Assembly: GCA_964396715.1 (NCBI GenBank)
Contig: CAYNFQ010000003.1
Location: 565-64,564, forward strand
Source of the DNA: an uncultured Gammaproteobacteria bacterium
Lineage (GTDB): Bacteria; Patescibacteriota; Microgenomatia; Daviesbacterales; UBA10151
Direction of reading: 5' to 3'
Length of the DNA stretch: 64,000 bases
Shown: one piece after another, positions 1 through 10,724 of the stretch
Layout: each line of letters begins with the position of its first letter
Position numbering within the stretch: the stretch's first letter is position 1
Position numbers and translations under genes: made by a program
Notes under the pieces: model-generated
The model's input: the letters and a program-made list of their open reading frames with translations, nothing else
Databases searched by the model: none
What the model was told of the DNA's origin: nothing

Positions 1-493
1 TAAAAAGTGCGGACAACCGATGTTCTAAATTATCACGTTCCAATAAAAGATAAAATGTCATAACCAAAAGAAATATAATGGCAAGCAGGTTATCAAATAC
101 AGCCAAGGTGATGGCAAAAATATTTTTAGAAAGATTGGTCAGTTCTGACTGAAAAACAGATTTTTCAATATTGGCAGCATTCAAAATTTGCCCTGAAAGT
201 TGAGGCAGGGTTACCACAAGCCTGCTGCTTTCTTCAATCAGTGGCTGTAAAATCGCGGTAATTGCTCCGGCACTAATCCCTATAATAATAATATAGGTTA
301 GGGCAATGCTTAAGGCTTTAGGTATTTTTAATCCAACAAAAAAATTAACCAAAGGAGTTAAAGCGGACATTAAAATTATGGCCACAAATAAAATGACCAG
401 CAAATCGCGAATCAGGTAGGTTACCCAAAGAGCTAGTATAAATACTACAATAAAAATGACAGTTTTATGAGAAATATCAATCTTTTGTGACAT
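1..493 (-). CDS. AI-2E/PerM family membrane transporter (3' part beyond window)
   Basis: Manual translation from ATG at 493 gives MSQKIDISHKTVIFIVVFILALWVTYLIRDLLVILFVAIILMSALTPLVNFF..., a typical AI-2E N-terminus; ORF runs off the window start. Confidence 0.75.
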   Translation of the reverse strand, partial: MSQKIDISHKTVIFIVVFILALWVTYLIRDLLVILFVAIILMSALTPLVNFFVGLKIPKALSIALTYIIIIGISAGAITAILQPLIEESSRLVVTLPQLSGQILNAANIEKSVFQSELTNLSKNIFAITLAVFDNLLAIIFLLVMTFYLLLERDNLEHRLSALF

Positions 494-500
494 CTTATGA

Positions 501-1466
501 TTAATGATACCATCTAGTGACTAAATTTTCCAATTTTTTGGGATAGTTTTTACTGATAATATCAAACCAAACTACATTTTTCTCTTTGTTAAACCAGGTT
601 AACTGCCTCCTCACAAAACCATGAATTTTGTTTTGCACAATCTTTATTAATCCCCAATCTCCCTCAATCTCCCTAATTGCCCCTGAAAGATAATCAGCCA
701 AAACCCCATATTCCAATCCCAGCTGTTTCATTCTTGCGTAAGTTAATCCACTTTCGTGCAATCTTTTTGCCTCCTCAATCATACCTTGATTAATTCTGCT
801 TACTACTCTCTCATCCACTCTCTCGTAAAGTATATCCCTGGGTGCAGTTAAGCCAATCCTAAGTACGTCATTGCAAGAAACGAAGTGACGTGGCAATCTT
901 GATCTTGGATCAATGTGATCTAGTGAGAGTTCTATTGCCCTCACTAACCTTCTTGAGTTTTGTCTATCAGAATCATTCATTTTTTGCCATCTTTCAAAAG
1001 ATAGATTTTTTAGCTTTTCTTGTAACTGATCAACAGTTAATTTATTAAGTTGTTTTCTTAATTTTTTATCAACTGGAATTGCTAAATTAGGTAAACCCTC
1101 GAGTAAAGCTTTAAGATATAATCCAGTCCCTCCAACTACTATTGGCAACTTCCCTCTCTCCTTAATATCCCCAATTACCCTATCTGCATCTTTGACATAA
1201 TCATAAACTGTATATTGCTTATTTGGATCTGCCACATCATACATCCAGATTTTTACCCCATCTACCTCCCAGTAATTTTTGTGTTTTGAAAAATTTGAAA
1301 TTTGAAATTTGAAATTTGAAATTTTCCCTGTGCCAATATCCAAACCCGCATAAACCTGCCTTGAATCTACCGAAACAAGTTCACCCGCAAACTGCCTTGC
1401 CAGTTGAAGGGCCAAATCAGTCTTCCCAGTTGCAGTCGGACCTAAAATAACTAATACTTTATTCAT
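501..1466 (-). CDS. miaA: tRNA dimethylallyltransferase
   Basis: GPTATGKT P-loop, DSRQVY, VGGTGLY and RRQLTWF motifs; contains in-frame repeat-derived inserts. Confidence 0.97.
   Translation of the reverse strand: MNKVLVILGPTATGKTDLALQLARQFAGELVSVDSRQVYAGLDIGTGKISNFKFQISNFSKHKNYWEVDGVKIWMYDVADPNKQYTVYDYVKDADRVIGDIKERGKLPIVVGGTGLYLKALLEGLPNLAIPVDKKLRKQLNKLTVDQLQEKLKNLSFERWQKMNDSDRQNSRRLVRAIELSLDHIDPRSRLPRHFVSCNDVLRIGLTAPRDILYERVDERVVSRINQGMIEEAKRLHESGLTYARMKQLGLEYGVLADYLSGAIREIEGDWGLIKIVQNKIHGFVRRQLTWFNKEKNVVWFDIISKNYPKKLENLVTRWYH
867..899. repeat. REP/RPE-like element half-copy inside miaA
   Basis: GTCATTGCAAGAAACGAAGTGACGTGGCAATCT resembles the GTCATTGCGAG...GCAATCT palindromic-element family; translated as RLPRHFVSCND in MiaA. 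Confidence 0.6.
1291..1324. repeat. Heptamer tandem repeat (AAATTTG)x4 inside miaA
   Basis: Directly visible; encodes ISNFKFQISNF. Confidence 0.9.
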
Positions 1467-1492
1467 ACTGTTGTTTATAATAAAACTTATTC

Positions 1493-2683
1493 ATGAAAAA
1501 AGTTATTATATTGTTCTTTTACATTTTAGGGGTCTCCTTACTTTTTTACTATGATTTCTTTACACCTCCCCAACAAGAACAATTTGTTAAACTTGCTGCT
1601 TCTTTCTTACAGGGCAAACTTTATTTTCTATCACCCACTTTTGATGCTGCCATAAATAGCGGTCATTACTACTGGCCATTGGGTCCCTTTCCTGCCATTC
1701 TTCTTATGCCCTTTGTTTATATATTTGGCGATCATATGAGGCAGGGGTATTTATTATTTTTTTTAAATATCCTAAATGCTTTTTTACTTTTTAGAATTGC
1801 CAAAAAGTTAAGTGGTAATTTTGTAAATTCACTTATAGTAAGCTTTGCTGTTTCATTTTCTACTGCATATTTAGGAATAGCCTTAATACCATGGTCCTGG
1901 TATTATGCACAAACTGTTGGTTTTACATTAACCCTTTTAGCTCTAGAGGCTTATTTTTTTAACAGGTCATATCTTTTGATAGGCAGTTATATTGCCCTGG
2001 CTTTTTCAACCAGAGTATCCTTAATTTTTACAGCAGTATTTTTCATACTTAATTTATTCTATTCAGAATCATCTATGAAGCTGAAATTTAGAAAACTATC
2101 AATACTAATTATACCAATAATAATTTCTATTATGGTGTTAGGATTTTATAACTATGCAAGATTTGGAAATCCTTGGGAAACTGGTTATTCCAAACAGTCG
2201 CTGGATGGACCTGTTGGAGCCGGTAGAATTTTTGGGCTCTGGAACATTAAACATATCCCTACAAATCTTTACTCTATGTTTTTGAAAATGCCCGATCCCC
2301 TCTTTATCCCTAGAACAAATATAATGCAATTTCCATATTTAAAAGCGGACGGCTCAGGAATAAGTATTTTATTTACATCTCCTATCTTTTTTTGGATTTT
2401 ATTTAGTAACTGGAAAGACAAAAAAGTTAAATTCGCCGGCATTACAGCTTTGATTATGATGTTTGCTCTTTGGGGTAGTTTTAGCAATGGATCCTGGCAA
2501 TATGGTTATCGGTATGCTATCGATTCTTATCCTTTTGCTTCTATAATATTAATATATTCATTTAAAAAGGATGTTTCATATAAATTCCTGACCATAGCTA
2601 TAGTGGCATTTCTGATTAATCTATATTTCATCAACACTATTTTCTATCCATCAATAATGCCCATTTTAGATTATTTTAAATGA
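1493..2683 (+). CDS. Multi-pass membrane protein, probable GT-C fold glycosyltransferase
   Basis: About 10 hydrophobic segments, YNYARFGNPWETGY and QYGYRYAID motifs; adjacent to two other GT-C genes. Confidence 0.6.
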   Translation: MKKVIILFFYILGVSLLFYYDFFTPPQQEQFVKLAASFLQGKLYFLSPTFDAAINSGHYYWPLGPFPAILLMPFVYIFGDHMRQGYLLFFLNILNAFLLFRIAKKLSGNFVNSLIVSFAVSFSTAYLGIALIPWSWYYAQTVGFTLTLLALEAYFFNRSYLLIGSYIALAFSTRVSLIFTAVFFILNLFYSESSMKLKFRKLSILIIPIIISIMVLGFYNYARFGNPWETGYSKQSLDGPVGAGRIFGLWNIKHIPTNLYSMFLKMPDPLFIPRTNIMQFPYLKADGSGISILFTSPIFFWILFSNWKDKKVKFAGITALIMMFALWGSFSNGSWQYGYRYAIDSYPFASIILIYSFKKDVSYKFLTIAIVAFLINLYFINTIFYPSIMPILDYFK

Positions 2684-3921
2684 AAACTCTTAGAGATCGT
2701 TTGTTAATTTTATCTCTGGTTTTACTTGCGGTTAGATTAACAATATCACAACTGCCATCATTTGAGTTTGATGAAAGTGCTTATCGTTTTTGGACCCAGC
2801 GATTAGTAGAAAATGGCCTTTCTCGCTTTTATTCAAATGATGTTTTTACAAATAATCCGCTTGGGATTTTTTATTTCTTTTGGTTAATTGGTTGGGTTAA
2901 AGAAATCATCTTTCCTCAAATTAATTACCTATCTTCTAATTTTGACTTTTTCTTAAAAATTCCTGCAAACATAGCTGATATTCTTTCTGGAGTTATAATT
3001 TATTTATTAATCAGAAAACAGGTAACTCAGAAATGGGCATTATTAGGGATACTTGCATATGTTTTAAATCCTGCCATATTTTTCAACTCTTCTATCTGGG
3101 GGCAATATGATGGATTATCTACTTTATTTTTACTACTTGCTACATATGCCATTCTGATAAAAAAAATGCCTGAATTATCAACCTGTTTTATGGCAGTTGC
3201 TTGGATCATTAAACCCCAAGCAATTGCTTTCATACCAGTATTGGCTTTAACAATTTTTACACATTCAAAACCTTTCAGGTATTTAACTTCGGTTATTTCT
3301 TTTTTTATCATATCTATACTTCTATATTTTCCTTTCTTTCCCCAAAATCCTATATTTGGATTATTTTATGTCAATACAAATTCAGCCTCTCTTTTTAACT
3401 GCACAACCTGTTTTGCTTTCAACTTCTGGCAATTATTCGGAAACTGGAAAAACGATCTGGGAACTTTTTTAAATATTCCATTTATAGTATGGGGGATTAT
3501 TCTTTATGCAGCCAGCTTAATGATTATTCTGTTAAGAAAGCCTTTGTTTATAAAATTTCAACCTCCTGATTTCTACTTAACTTCAACCATTTCTATTTTA
3601 GCCTTTTTTACTTTCCTAACCCGTATGCACGAGCGTTATCTTTTTCCTGTTTTTGCTTTTTTACTTATAGCAGCTTTAATAAAAAATTCAGTAAAACTTA
3701 AGATTATCTATCTAATACTTTCTATAATTCACTTTGTTAATCTTTGGTACGTTTATTATTACTATAATTATGTCTATCCAGATCCTCAATTTTCATCTTT
3801 TATAATTTACAAATTCTTAAATGCAAATTATAATTTGTTTACTTTATTTAATTTAATAATTTTTGCGATTCTAATCTTGATCTATTTCAAATCTAGTTAT
3901 ACAAAGGAAAGTCGTGTATAG
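2680..3921 (+). CDS. GT-C fold mannosyltransferase-like membrane protein
   Basis: FDESAY loop, LKIPANIAD, NSSIWGQYD, IKPQA and RMHERYLFP motifs. Confidence 0.75.
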   Translation: MKTLRDRLLILSLVLLAVRLTISQLPSFEFDESAYRFWTQRLVENGLSRFYSNDVFTNNPLGIFYFFWLIGWVKEIIFPQINYLSSNFDFFLKIPANIADILSGVIIYLLIRKQVTQKWALLGILAYVLNPAIFFNSSIWGQYDGLSTLFLLLATYAILIKKMPELSTCFMAVAWIIKPQAIAFIPVLALTIFTHSKPFRYLTSVISFFIISILLYFPFFPQNPIFGLFYVNTNSASLFNCTTCFAFNFWQLFGNWKNDLGTFLNIPFIVWGIILYAASLMIILLRKPLFIKFQPPDFYLTSTISILAFFTFLTRMHERYLFPVFAFLLIAALIKNSVKLKIIYLILSIIHFVNLWYVYYYYNYVYPDPQFSSFIIYKFLNANYNLFTLFNLIIFAILILIYFKSSYTKESRV

Positions 3922-5128
3922 AAAATTTCTTAAACCAAGAACTATTTTCATTGTTATTATTATTTTCGCTGCTTTCTTTAGACTTTACAGGCTTGATTAC
4001 CCTAATAAATATATCTTTGATGAGGTTTATCATGCATATACTGCCAAAGAGTATTTAAAAGGCAATAAAGAGGCCTGGAGTCCATGGGGAAAATCTACTG
4101 AAGAGGGAACTGCTTTTGAATGGCTGCATCCTCCTGTCTCCAAAGAGATCATGACAGCTTCTATGTTTATACTGAAAAATACGGATGCCTGGGCTTGGCG
4201 GTTACCCGGCGCACTGCTGGGCATTTTATCGGTAATTTTGGTTTATAAACTGGCGTCACTGCTTTTTAAAAATGCAGCAGCAGCGATTTTTTCGGCGCTA
4301 ATTTTTTCGATTGACGGGCTTAACTTTGTCCAATCCAGAATTGGCATGAATGATATATATCTTGTCACTTTCATTTTAGCAAGTGTTATTTTTTTCGTCC
4401 GAAAAAATTATCTGCTGTCAGCCATTTTTACGGGAATTGCCATATCTACTAAATGGCCCGGGGTTTTTCTGATGCTTATATATTTTCCAATCCTTATTGA
4501 TCAACGCCAATTCAAAAATCTTATTTTTTTTGTCTTAATTCTTCCGGCTATTTATCTTTTAAGCTATACTCCATACTTTTTAATTGGCTATACATGGAGT
4601 GATTTTATCCAGTTGCATAAACAAATATGGTGGTACCAGACTCATCTTAAGGCAACTCATGATTATGCTTCTCCCTGGTGGTCATGGCCGCTGAATTTAT
4701 ACCCTATCTGGTATTTTGTTGACTATATCGGGGAGTCTGTTGCCAATATTTTTGCCTCGGGAAATCCGGCAGTTTTTTTAATCGGCATCGGATCATTACT
4801 GCTAACACTTATTGAGGGCTTAAGAAAAAAATTAAAACATCTTTTACTAATAGTTGCACTATTTCTCGTTTTTTGGCTTCCCTGGGCCATATCCCCCAGG
4901 ATTATGTTTTTATACCACTTTTCCCCATCAGTTCCTTTTCTTTGCCTGGCAATCGGATACCAGCTTAATACCTTGATAAATAAAGGTAGGAGAAAAACAG
5001 CAATTTTGCTTTTGGCTCTTATGATTTTTTCATTCGCATTGCTGTTTCCTTTTTTAACAGGTATCCCTTTGTCCAAAAATTTAACCAACCTTTTCTTTTT
5101 TACAAATTTGGCAAAAAATCCTTTTTAA
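3914..5128 (+). CDS. Protein O-mannosyltransferase-like (PMT/GT39)
   Basis: FDEVYH, HPP, SRIGMND, HDYASPWWSWPL, GNP and R.MFLYHF motifs. Confidence 0.85.
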   Translation: MYRKFLKPRTIFIVIIIFAAFFRLYRLDYPNKYIFDEVYHAYTAKEYLKGNKEAWSPWGKSTEEGTAFEWLHPPVSKEIMTASMFILKNTDAWAWRLPGALLGILSVILVYKLASLLFKNAAAAIFSALIFSIDGLNFVQSRIGMNDIYLVTFILASVIFFVRKNYLLSAIFTGIAISTKWPGVFLMLIYFPILIDQRQFKNLIFFVLILPAIYLLSYTPYFLIGYTWSDFIQLHKQIWWYQTHLKATHDYASPWWSWPLNLYPIWYFVDYIGESVANIFASGNPAVFLIGIGSLLLTLIEGLRKKLKHLLLIVALFLVFWLPWAISPRIMFLYHFSPSVPFLCLAIGYQLNTLINKGRRKTAILLLALMIFSFALLFPFLTGIPLSKNLTNLFFFTNLAKNPF

Positions 5129-5131
5129 CTG

Positions 5132-5437
5132 CTATTCACTTTTCCCGAAAATCCAGGGAGTTAACGATTTAATCTTCTTTGCTTTGGGGTATTTTTCCAC
5201 CATCCTGGCAACTCTTACAACTGTATCTGTACCCACTTTAATCCTCTCTGCAATTTTGCGGATAGATAATCCCTCTTCCAGAAGATTCATAATTTGATAC
5301 CGATTTTTTAACATCCGCCATTCAGAAGGAGTTAATAACTCTCTTAAAGTATCATTTGGTATTTGGATGTTTTTATCTTGCCTGCCGGCCTGCCTGACGG
5401 CAGTCAGGGCAGGCAGGTCTTTTTTAGGTTTACTCAT
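5132..5437 (-). CDS. TrpR/YerC-YecD family HTH protein
   Basis: LLTPSEWRML..RYQI...L..G.SIRKIA...VGTDTVVRVAR; probable start MSKPKK at 5437 (track start 5449). Confidence 0.8.
   Translation of the reverse strand: MSKPKKDLPALTAVRQAGRQDKNIQIPNDTLRELLTPSEWRMLKNRYQIMNLLEEGLSIRKIAERIKVGTDTVVRVARMVEKYPKAKKIKSLTPWIFGKSE
5377..5417. repeat. Nested CCTGCCTGCCGGCAGGCAGG-type palindromic elements
   Basis: A 20-nt palindrome interrupted by a 21-nt variant copy; encodes LPALTAVRQAGRQ. Confidence 0.8.
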
Positions 5438-5484
5438 GTATCCATACAATCATATAATAATACCAGTGTTATAATCAATGTCTA

Positions 5485-6435
5485 ATGAGTAATCTTAAGG
5501 CATTCCAAATTAAGGTGGGTAGTAAAGTATTGGATTACCGATTGGGTAAAGAATTAGATTTAGATAATATAAAATCCTTCTTCGACAAGCATTACTCTGT
5601 AAAGAAGCTCTGGTCAGGGGGAAGACATATCCTTGGCATATTAGGAAAAGAGGACAAAACATTATTCTTAAAACTTGCCACCACAGAAGGAATAAGTGCT
5701 GTCACAGAAAATGAGTATAGATGGAATGAACAGTTTAATAAATTAATATCAAGGAAAACATCAAATTTTTGGGTTCCTCAAAATAAAGATTGCGGATTAT
5801 ATCAGGACAAACTTTTCTATTTGATTACTGATAGATTTAATGGGGAATTGCTTGTTAAGGAACCGGCAAAAATGAAAATACCCGGGACAATTATTAAAAA
5901 TATCCTATCCATTATTGGGTTTTCAGAACTAATTCAGAAACTTAAAATTAATTTACCCAACCGGGAAGATCCAGATTACCAAAAAGTTTTCTTGAAAAAA
6001 ACTGAATCATGGTATGAAGATATTCCGGATGATATTAAAGTAAAATACAAAGTTGTAGACCTTCTAAAAATTGTTGCAGCACATGTAATCAATCTTCCAC
6101 AAAAACCGCGCCACGGTGATTTTACTCCCTGGCATCTTATTAAATTACAAGGCGGACAACTGGGGCTTATTGACGGAGAACACGCAAAGAAAAATGGGGT
6201 TGAGTATTATGATATTGGGTATTTTATCCAGAGAGTATTTAGTGTCCTTCAAAATCCAACCTTAGCTGAGAAGATATTATCTCAATTAGCAAAAAGAAAT
6301 TATAGTTTAGAAAAATTAGCAGTTATCTTATCTGCCAGAGCAATTGGTGGATACCTTGATGAATCATTAAAACCTACGCCAAATTATGTGTTTAGCAATA
6401 GATTTAAGGATTGGGTTATTAAATTAGTAACCTAA
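5485..6435 (+). CDS. Aminoglycoside-phosphotransferase/kinase-like (APH fold) protein
   Basis: FLK, HGDFTPWH and LIDGEHA (Brenner/DFE-like) motifs; YDIGY. Confidence 0.75.
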   Translation: MSNLKAFQIKVGSKVLDYRLGKELDLDNIKSFFDKHYSVKKLWSGGRHILGILGKEDKTLFLKLATTEGISAVTENEYRWNEQFNKLISRKTSNFWVPQNKDCGLYQDKLFYLITDRFNGELLVKEPAKMKIPGTIIKNILSIIGFSELIQKLKINLPNREDPDYQKVFLKKTESWYEDIPDDIKVKYKVVDLLKIVAAHVINLPQKPRHGDFTPWHLIKLQGGQLGLIDGEHAKKNGVEYYDIGYFIQRVFSVLQNPTLAEKILSQLAKRNYSLEKLAVILSARAIGGYLDESLKPTPNYVFSNRFKDWVIKLVT

Positions 6436-6455
6436 TAGAGAACCTTAGTAAATCA

Positions 6456-6911
6456 CTATTGAAGTATCTGATCAATTGTTAATAACTCACCGAGCGAGTT
6501 AATTGTGTAATCCGGTTTTTCCAACTCACTCTCCGGCGTTTCATCAAGAAATTCCCCCTGAAGCACCCAAACCGTCCTAGCTCCGATTTTATTTCCTTCC
6601 AGAATCTCACTTTTTACCCGATCTCCAACAATTAAACATTCTTCTGCCTTTACATTTAGTCCTTTTAAAAGATGAGTAAATTCCTTTTTATTCTCAACTG
6701 GTACAGCTTCTAGAATTCGAAAATACTTCCTTAAATTTAAATCTCTAAACTCCTCTAATCTTGCTTCTAAATTAGAAGACCTGCTTATTAGTGCAAGTTT
6801 TAACCCTTTTTGTGCTAAAAAATTTAATACATCCATCACTTCAGGATAAAGTTTGCTACTGTAAGGGTTATAGATGGTGCCAGCGTAATCAAAGATGACA
6901 GCCTTGATCAT
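6456..6911 (-). CDS. HAD family hydrolase
   Basis: FDYAGT motif I variant, VGDRVKSEI, PDYTINSL. Confidence 0.85.
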   Translation of the reverse strand: MIKAVIFDYAGTIYNPYSSKLYPEVMDVLNFLAQKGLKLALISRSSNLEARLEEFRDLNLRKYFRILEAVPVENKKEFTHLLKGLNVKAEECLIVGDRVKSEILEGNKIGARTVWVLQGEFLDETPESELEKPDYTINSLGELLTIDQILQ

Positions 6912-7180
6912 TTAATAAGTCTTTTTAAAGTTTTCCCTGCTGTAAAGCCCGGGGTTTTTTTATTGGGGATTTGGATTGTTTCACCTGTTTGAGGATTTCT
7001 GCCGCGCCTTGCCGCCCTTGCTCTGATAAGAAAAGTTCCAAATCCGGTGATCACCACTTTTTCTCCGCGAACCAAACCGTCTCTGATTAAATTAAAAGTA
7101 GAATTAACCGCGTCTTGAGCGGCGCTTTTTGTTAAATTTGCTTTCTTGGCAACTTTTACAATTAACTCGTTCTTAGTCAT
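6908..7180 (-). CDS. hup: DNA-binding protein HU
   Basis: GFGTF, RRGRNPQTGETIQIP and F.AGK.LK motifs. Confidence 0.97.
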   Translation of the reverse strand: MTKNELIVKVAKKANLTKSAAQDAVNSTFNLIRDGLVRGEKVVITGFGTFLIRARAARRGRNPQTGETIQIPNKKTPGFTAGKTLKRLIK

Positions 7181-7224
7181 GAGAGTAAATTACCAGAGGT
7201 TTATCCTTTTGTAAAGAGCCAAAA

Positions 7225-8574
7225 TCACTGTAAAGCAGTGGTGGTAGTTTCTGTTACTCTTATTTCTCTGATTGCTGTAATCCTAACAGATCCCGGCACC
7301 ATCACTTCCTTGGAGATCCTCTGGGCAATATCGTGTGTCAATTTTGGCAGCTCCTCATCTGAGATCTTCTCAGGCATCACTATCACCCTGACTTCTCTGC
7401 CTGCTTGCAGGGCAAAAGCTTTTTCTATCCCTTCAAAAGAGGTGGCAATTTTTTCAATATCGGAAAGCCTCTTGATATAATCTTCAACATTTTCGTGTCT
7501 GGCTCCTGGTCTCCCGCCAGAAATAGCATCTGCTATATAAACTAAAACAGACTCTATAGACGAGAAAGGCTTATCTTCATGATGCTCTGCAATACAATTA
7601 ACAACATTTTCTGGCATGCCGAATTTTTTGGCAACTTGAACACCTTTTTCAACATGGGTTCCTTCATCACCTTCTGTGACAACTTTTCCAATATCATGCA
7701 ACAAACAACCCAGGCGTACTACATTAGCATCCGCGCCTATTTCTTTAGCCAAAGCCACACCAATGCGCAACTCCTCCAGTGTATGTTGAATCAAGTTTTG
7801 ACCAAATGAAAATCTATATTTAAAACGGCCTAAAATTTTAACTAAATCAACAGGTAAGTTATATACTCCGCCATCTGCACAAAGTTTCTCTCCTGCTTGT
7901 AACATAATCTTTTCAAAATCCTCTTTTGTTTTTGTAACAATTTCCTCAATTCTTTGCGGTTGAATCCTGCCATCTGCAATCAGTCGCTCCAGTGCAGCTT
8001 TGGCAATCTCCCTTCTGACAGAATCAAAAGATGACAGTATCAAGGTATTGGGAATTTCATCATCCATAATTACATCAACACCGGTTGCCTGTTCAAATGT
8101 CCTGATATTTCTTCCTTCTTTGCCGATAATTCTGCCCTTAACTTCTTCATCAGGTAGATTAATCCTGGAGGTGGTAAATTCGGAAATCACATCGGTGAAA
8201 CCATGAAGCATGGCATCTGCCAAAATCTCTTTGGCTTTTTCATCAGCGGAAAGTTTTAGTTCCTCTTCTGCTGCTTTGATTTTTTTGGAAATCTCTGGAG
8301 CCAAATCTTTTTCAACCTGATCAAGTAAAATTTTCTTTGCATCCTCGGCTGGCATTTTTGAAGCTTTTTCTAATTTTTCTACCAGATCTTTTCGGATTTG
8401 ATCAAGTTGTTCTAACTTGTCGTCAATTAGTTTAGTTTTTTGGGCAATCTGCCTTTCTCTTTCTTCCAAAACACCTTCTCTTTTGGCAAGTTCCGCTTCG
8501 CGTTGAGAAAAATTTCCCATAGTTGGAGTGGGTGTTTGCATACCAAAATTTTTAGGACCAAATGTACGTTGCAT
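7225..8574 (-). CDS. rny: Ribonuclease Y (no N-terminal TM anchor)
   Basis: KH domain KGRIIGKEGRNIR, HD domain LLHDIGK, ADAISG.RPGAR, QAGREVRV. Confidence 0.95.
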   Translation of the reverse strand: MQRTFGPKNFGMQTPTPTMGNFSQREAELAKREGVLEERERQIAQKTKLIDDKLEQLDQIRKDLVEKLEKASKMPAEDAKKILLDQVEKDLAPEISKKIKAAEEELKLSADEKAKEILADAMLHGFTDVISEFTTSRINLPDEEVKGRIIGKEGRNIRTFEQATGVDVIMDDEIPNTLILSSFDSVRREIAKAALERLIADGRIQPQRIEEIVTKTKEDFEKIMLQAGEKLCADGGVYNLPVDLVKILGRFKYRFSFGQNLIQHTLEELRIGVALAKEIGADANVVRLGCLLHDIGKVVTEGDEGTHVEKGVQVAKKFGMPENVVNCIAEHHEDKPFSSIESVLVYIADAISGGRPGARHENVEDYIKRLSDIEKIATSFEGIEKAFALQAGREVRVIVMPEKISDEELPKLTHDIAQRISKEVMVPGSVRITAIREIRVTETTTTALQ

Positions 8575-8690
8575 TTTATAGGAGAACCAGGAAATAACTC
8601 CAAGTTAAATAGAGTTGTGAGAGGTTAAAATTGTAAGAACAGATTTCTTCATATTTTGCTCACTCTTTATCTGATCCTCTGGAAAATATT

Positions 8691-9344
8691 TTACCTCTTT
8701 TTAATAAAATTTTCAACAACATTTTTGACAACTTCATATTCAAAGCCACGCCTTAACAAAAATTCATAAGACTTTTTTCTAAATTCTGCTTCTGATAAAT
8801 TCAGCCACAACCTCATCTTTTTCTCTAATAACTGATAAGCAGTATCCTCACTGTAACCTGTACCCTGTCCACTAATCACTTCATCAATAATTTCCCTGTC
8901 AATTCCTTTTTGGTAAAGTTCATTTTTAATAACCAGCGGGCCTTTCTTCTTTCTTCTTGACTCTACCCAGGCTTTGGCAAACTCCAAATCATTGATCATT
9001 CCTTTTCTTTTCAAAAGTTTTACGGCCGTTTCAATAATGAAAGAACTAATCTCTTGCTGATCTTTGAGCTTTTTCTTAAAAGATAAATTTCTAAAATAAT
9101 CACGGACCTCTTTTTCTGATCTTTGTCTTATGGAGAACAATCTATACATCCGCTCCATGAGCTTCCCAGTTTCCGTCTCTTTAATCAACTGTTCCACATC
9201 TTGTGTGCTAATTTCTTTCCCCACCACCAACCTTTTATCCACCACCAAATCCTCATCTGCCCCAAAAGCAAACTTGCCATCAAGATAGATGTTAAAACGA
9301 TGCGGATTTTTCTTTTGAGACTGGACTGCAGTAATCTTCGGCAT
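8691..9344 (-). CDS. recX: Regulatory protein RecX
   Basis: R.RSEKEV, IND.EFA..WV, EL.QKGI, LLRRGF; directly downstream of recA. Confidence 0.92.
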   Translation of the reverse strand: MPKITAVQSQKKNPHRFNIYLDGKFAFGADEDLVVDKRLVVGKEISTQDVEQLIKETETGKLMERMYRLFSIRQRSEKEVRDYFRNLSFKKKLKDQQEISSFIIETAVKLLKRKGMINDLEFAKAWVESRRKKKGPLVIKNELYQKGIDREIIDEVISGQGTGYSEDTAYQLLEKKMRLWLNLSEAEFRKKSYEFLLRRGFEYEVVKNVVENFIKKR

Positions 9345-10417
9345 TAAACAGCTTCTTCCATGCCAGTTGTTTCCTCTTGCGGTCCAACTACAATTTTTTC
9401 CTTACCCTCTTTTTGCTTCCCCCATGCTTCTCTTATTTCTTTCTCCAATCTTTCCGCCTCTTTTTTATTGCTCTTTAAATAATCTATTGCTGCAGACCTA
9501 CCCTGACCTAATATTTTCTCACCCCATTTTATAAAGGCTCCACTCTTTTCCAAAATTCCCAGTTCTATTCCCACATCCAAAAGTTCCCCTTCATGGGAAA
9601 TGCCATTTTCATCCATATCAAATTCGGCAATTCTAAATGGGGGAGCAACTTTATTTTTAACAACCTTTACTCTATGTCTGGAACCAACAACTTGATCACC
9701 GACTTTTATATTCTCAATTTTTCTTACATCCAGTCTTATCGATGAATAAAATTTTAAGGCCAATCCACCGGTGGTTGTTTCAGGATTTCCAAACATTACT
9801 CCGATTTTTTGCCTGAGCTGGTTGGTAAAAATAATAATTGTATTGGTATTGGAAACAGCACCGGTTAATTTTCTTAATGCTTGTGACATTAAACGCGCCT
9901 GCATTCCCATCACCGCATCTCCCATTTCACCTTCAAGTTCTGCCCTGGGAACCAAAGCCGCAACAGAGTCAATAACTAAAACATCAATTCCGCCGGATCT
10001 GATGAGTGATTCTGCAATTTCTAAGGCCTGCTCACCTGTATCAGGTTGAGAAATTAATAAATCATCCAAATTTACCCCAATTTTTTGGGCTCTTTGCGGA
10101 TCCAGGGCATGTTCTGCGTCAATAAAAGCAGCCACTCCACCCTTTTTTTGAGCCTCGGCTATAACATGCAAACACAGGGTAGTTTTTCCTCCTGCTTCCG
10201 GTCCGTAAATTTCTATAATTCGCCCCTTTGGTAAACCACCAACACCTAAGGCCAGATCAGTCGCAATAGAGCCTGTGGAGATCACCTGGGTAGTCAATTT
10301 TTCTGCTCTTTCACCAAGCCGCATGATAGAACCTGTGCCGTATTGTTTTTGGATTTGCGCTAAAGCTGCAGAGATGGCCGCTTTTTTGGCTTCGTCATTA
10401 TTGGAAGTTTGTATCAT
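9344..10417 (-). CDS. recA: Recombinase A
   Basis: [31 protein letters not shown] and KNKVAPP motifs. Confidence 0.99.
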   Translation of the reverse strand: MIQTSNNDEAKKAAISAALAQIQKQYGTGSIMRLGERAEKLTTQVISTGSIATDLALGVGGLPKGRIIEIYGPEAGGKTTLCLHVIAEAQKKGGVAAFIDAEHALDPQRAQKIGVNLDDLLISQPDTGEQALEIAESLIRSGGIDVLVIDSVAALVPRAELEGEMGDAVMGMQARLMSQALRKLTGAVSNTNTIIIFTNQLRQKIGVMFGNPETTTGGLALKFYSSIRLDVRKIENIKVGDQVVGSRHRVKVVKNKVAPPFRIAEFDMDENGISHEGELLDVGIELGILEKSGAFIKWGEKILGQGRSAAIDYLKSNKKEAERLEKEIREAWGKQKEGKEKIVVGPQEETTGMEEAV

Positions 10418-10724
10418 GAATCCAAATTACCAAATAAATCCCTAAGGTGTCAATACCCAAAAATTATCTTATTTTGGTGTATGGATACATAGTCGAACAG
10501 GAGCGAAGTATCTTGAACCCCTGCTTGAGTCAATTTTAACACATTGGAAACCTCTTAATATTGATTACACAAGTGTGACTCTCAACCAAATAAATGTAAC
10601 TAGAGCACAAACAAATGCGGGTGAACTTTATTATTAGTGATTAAGGTGATTGTGCTTGAACCTCTTATGTCTTTTTATAGTCTAACCCTGTTTTATCGCC
10701 GAATAGGAGTGTATAATTTAATGT

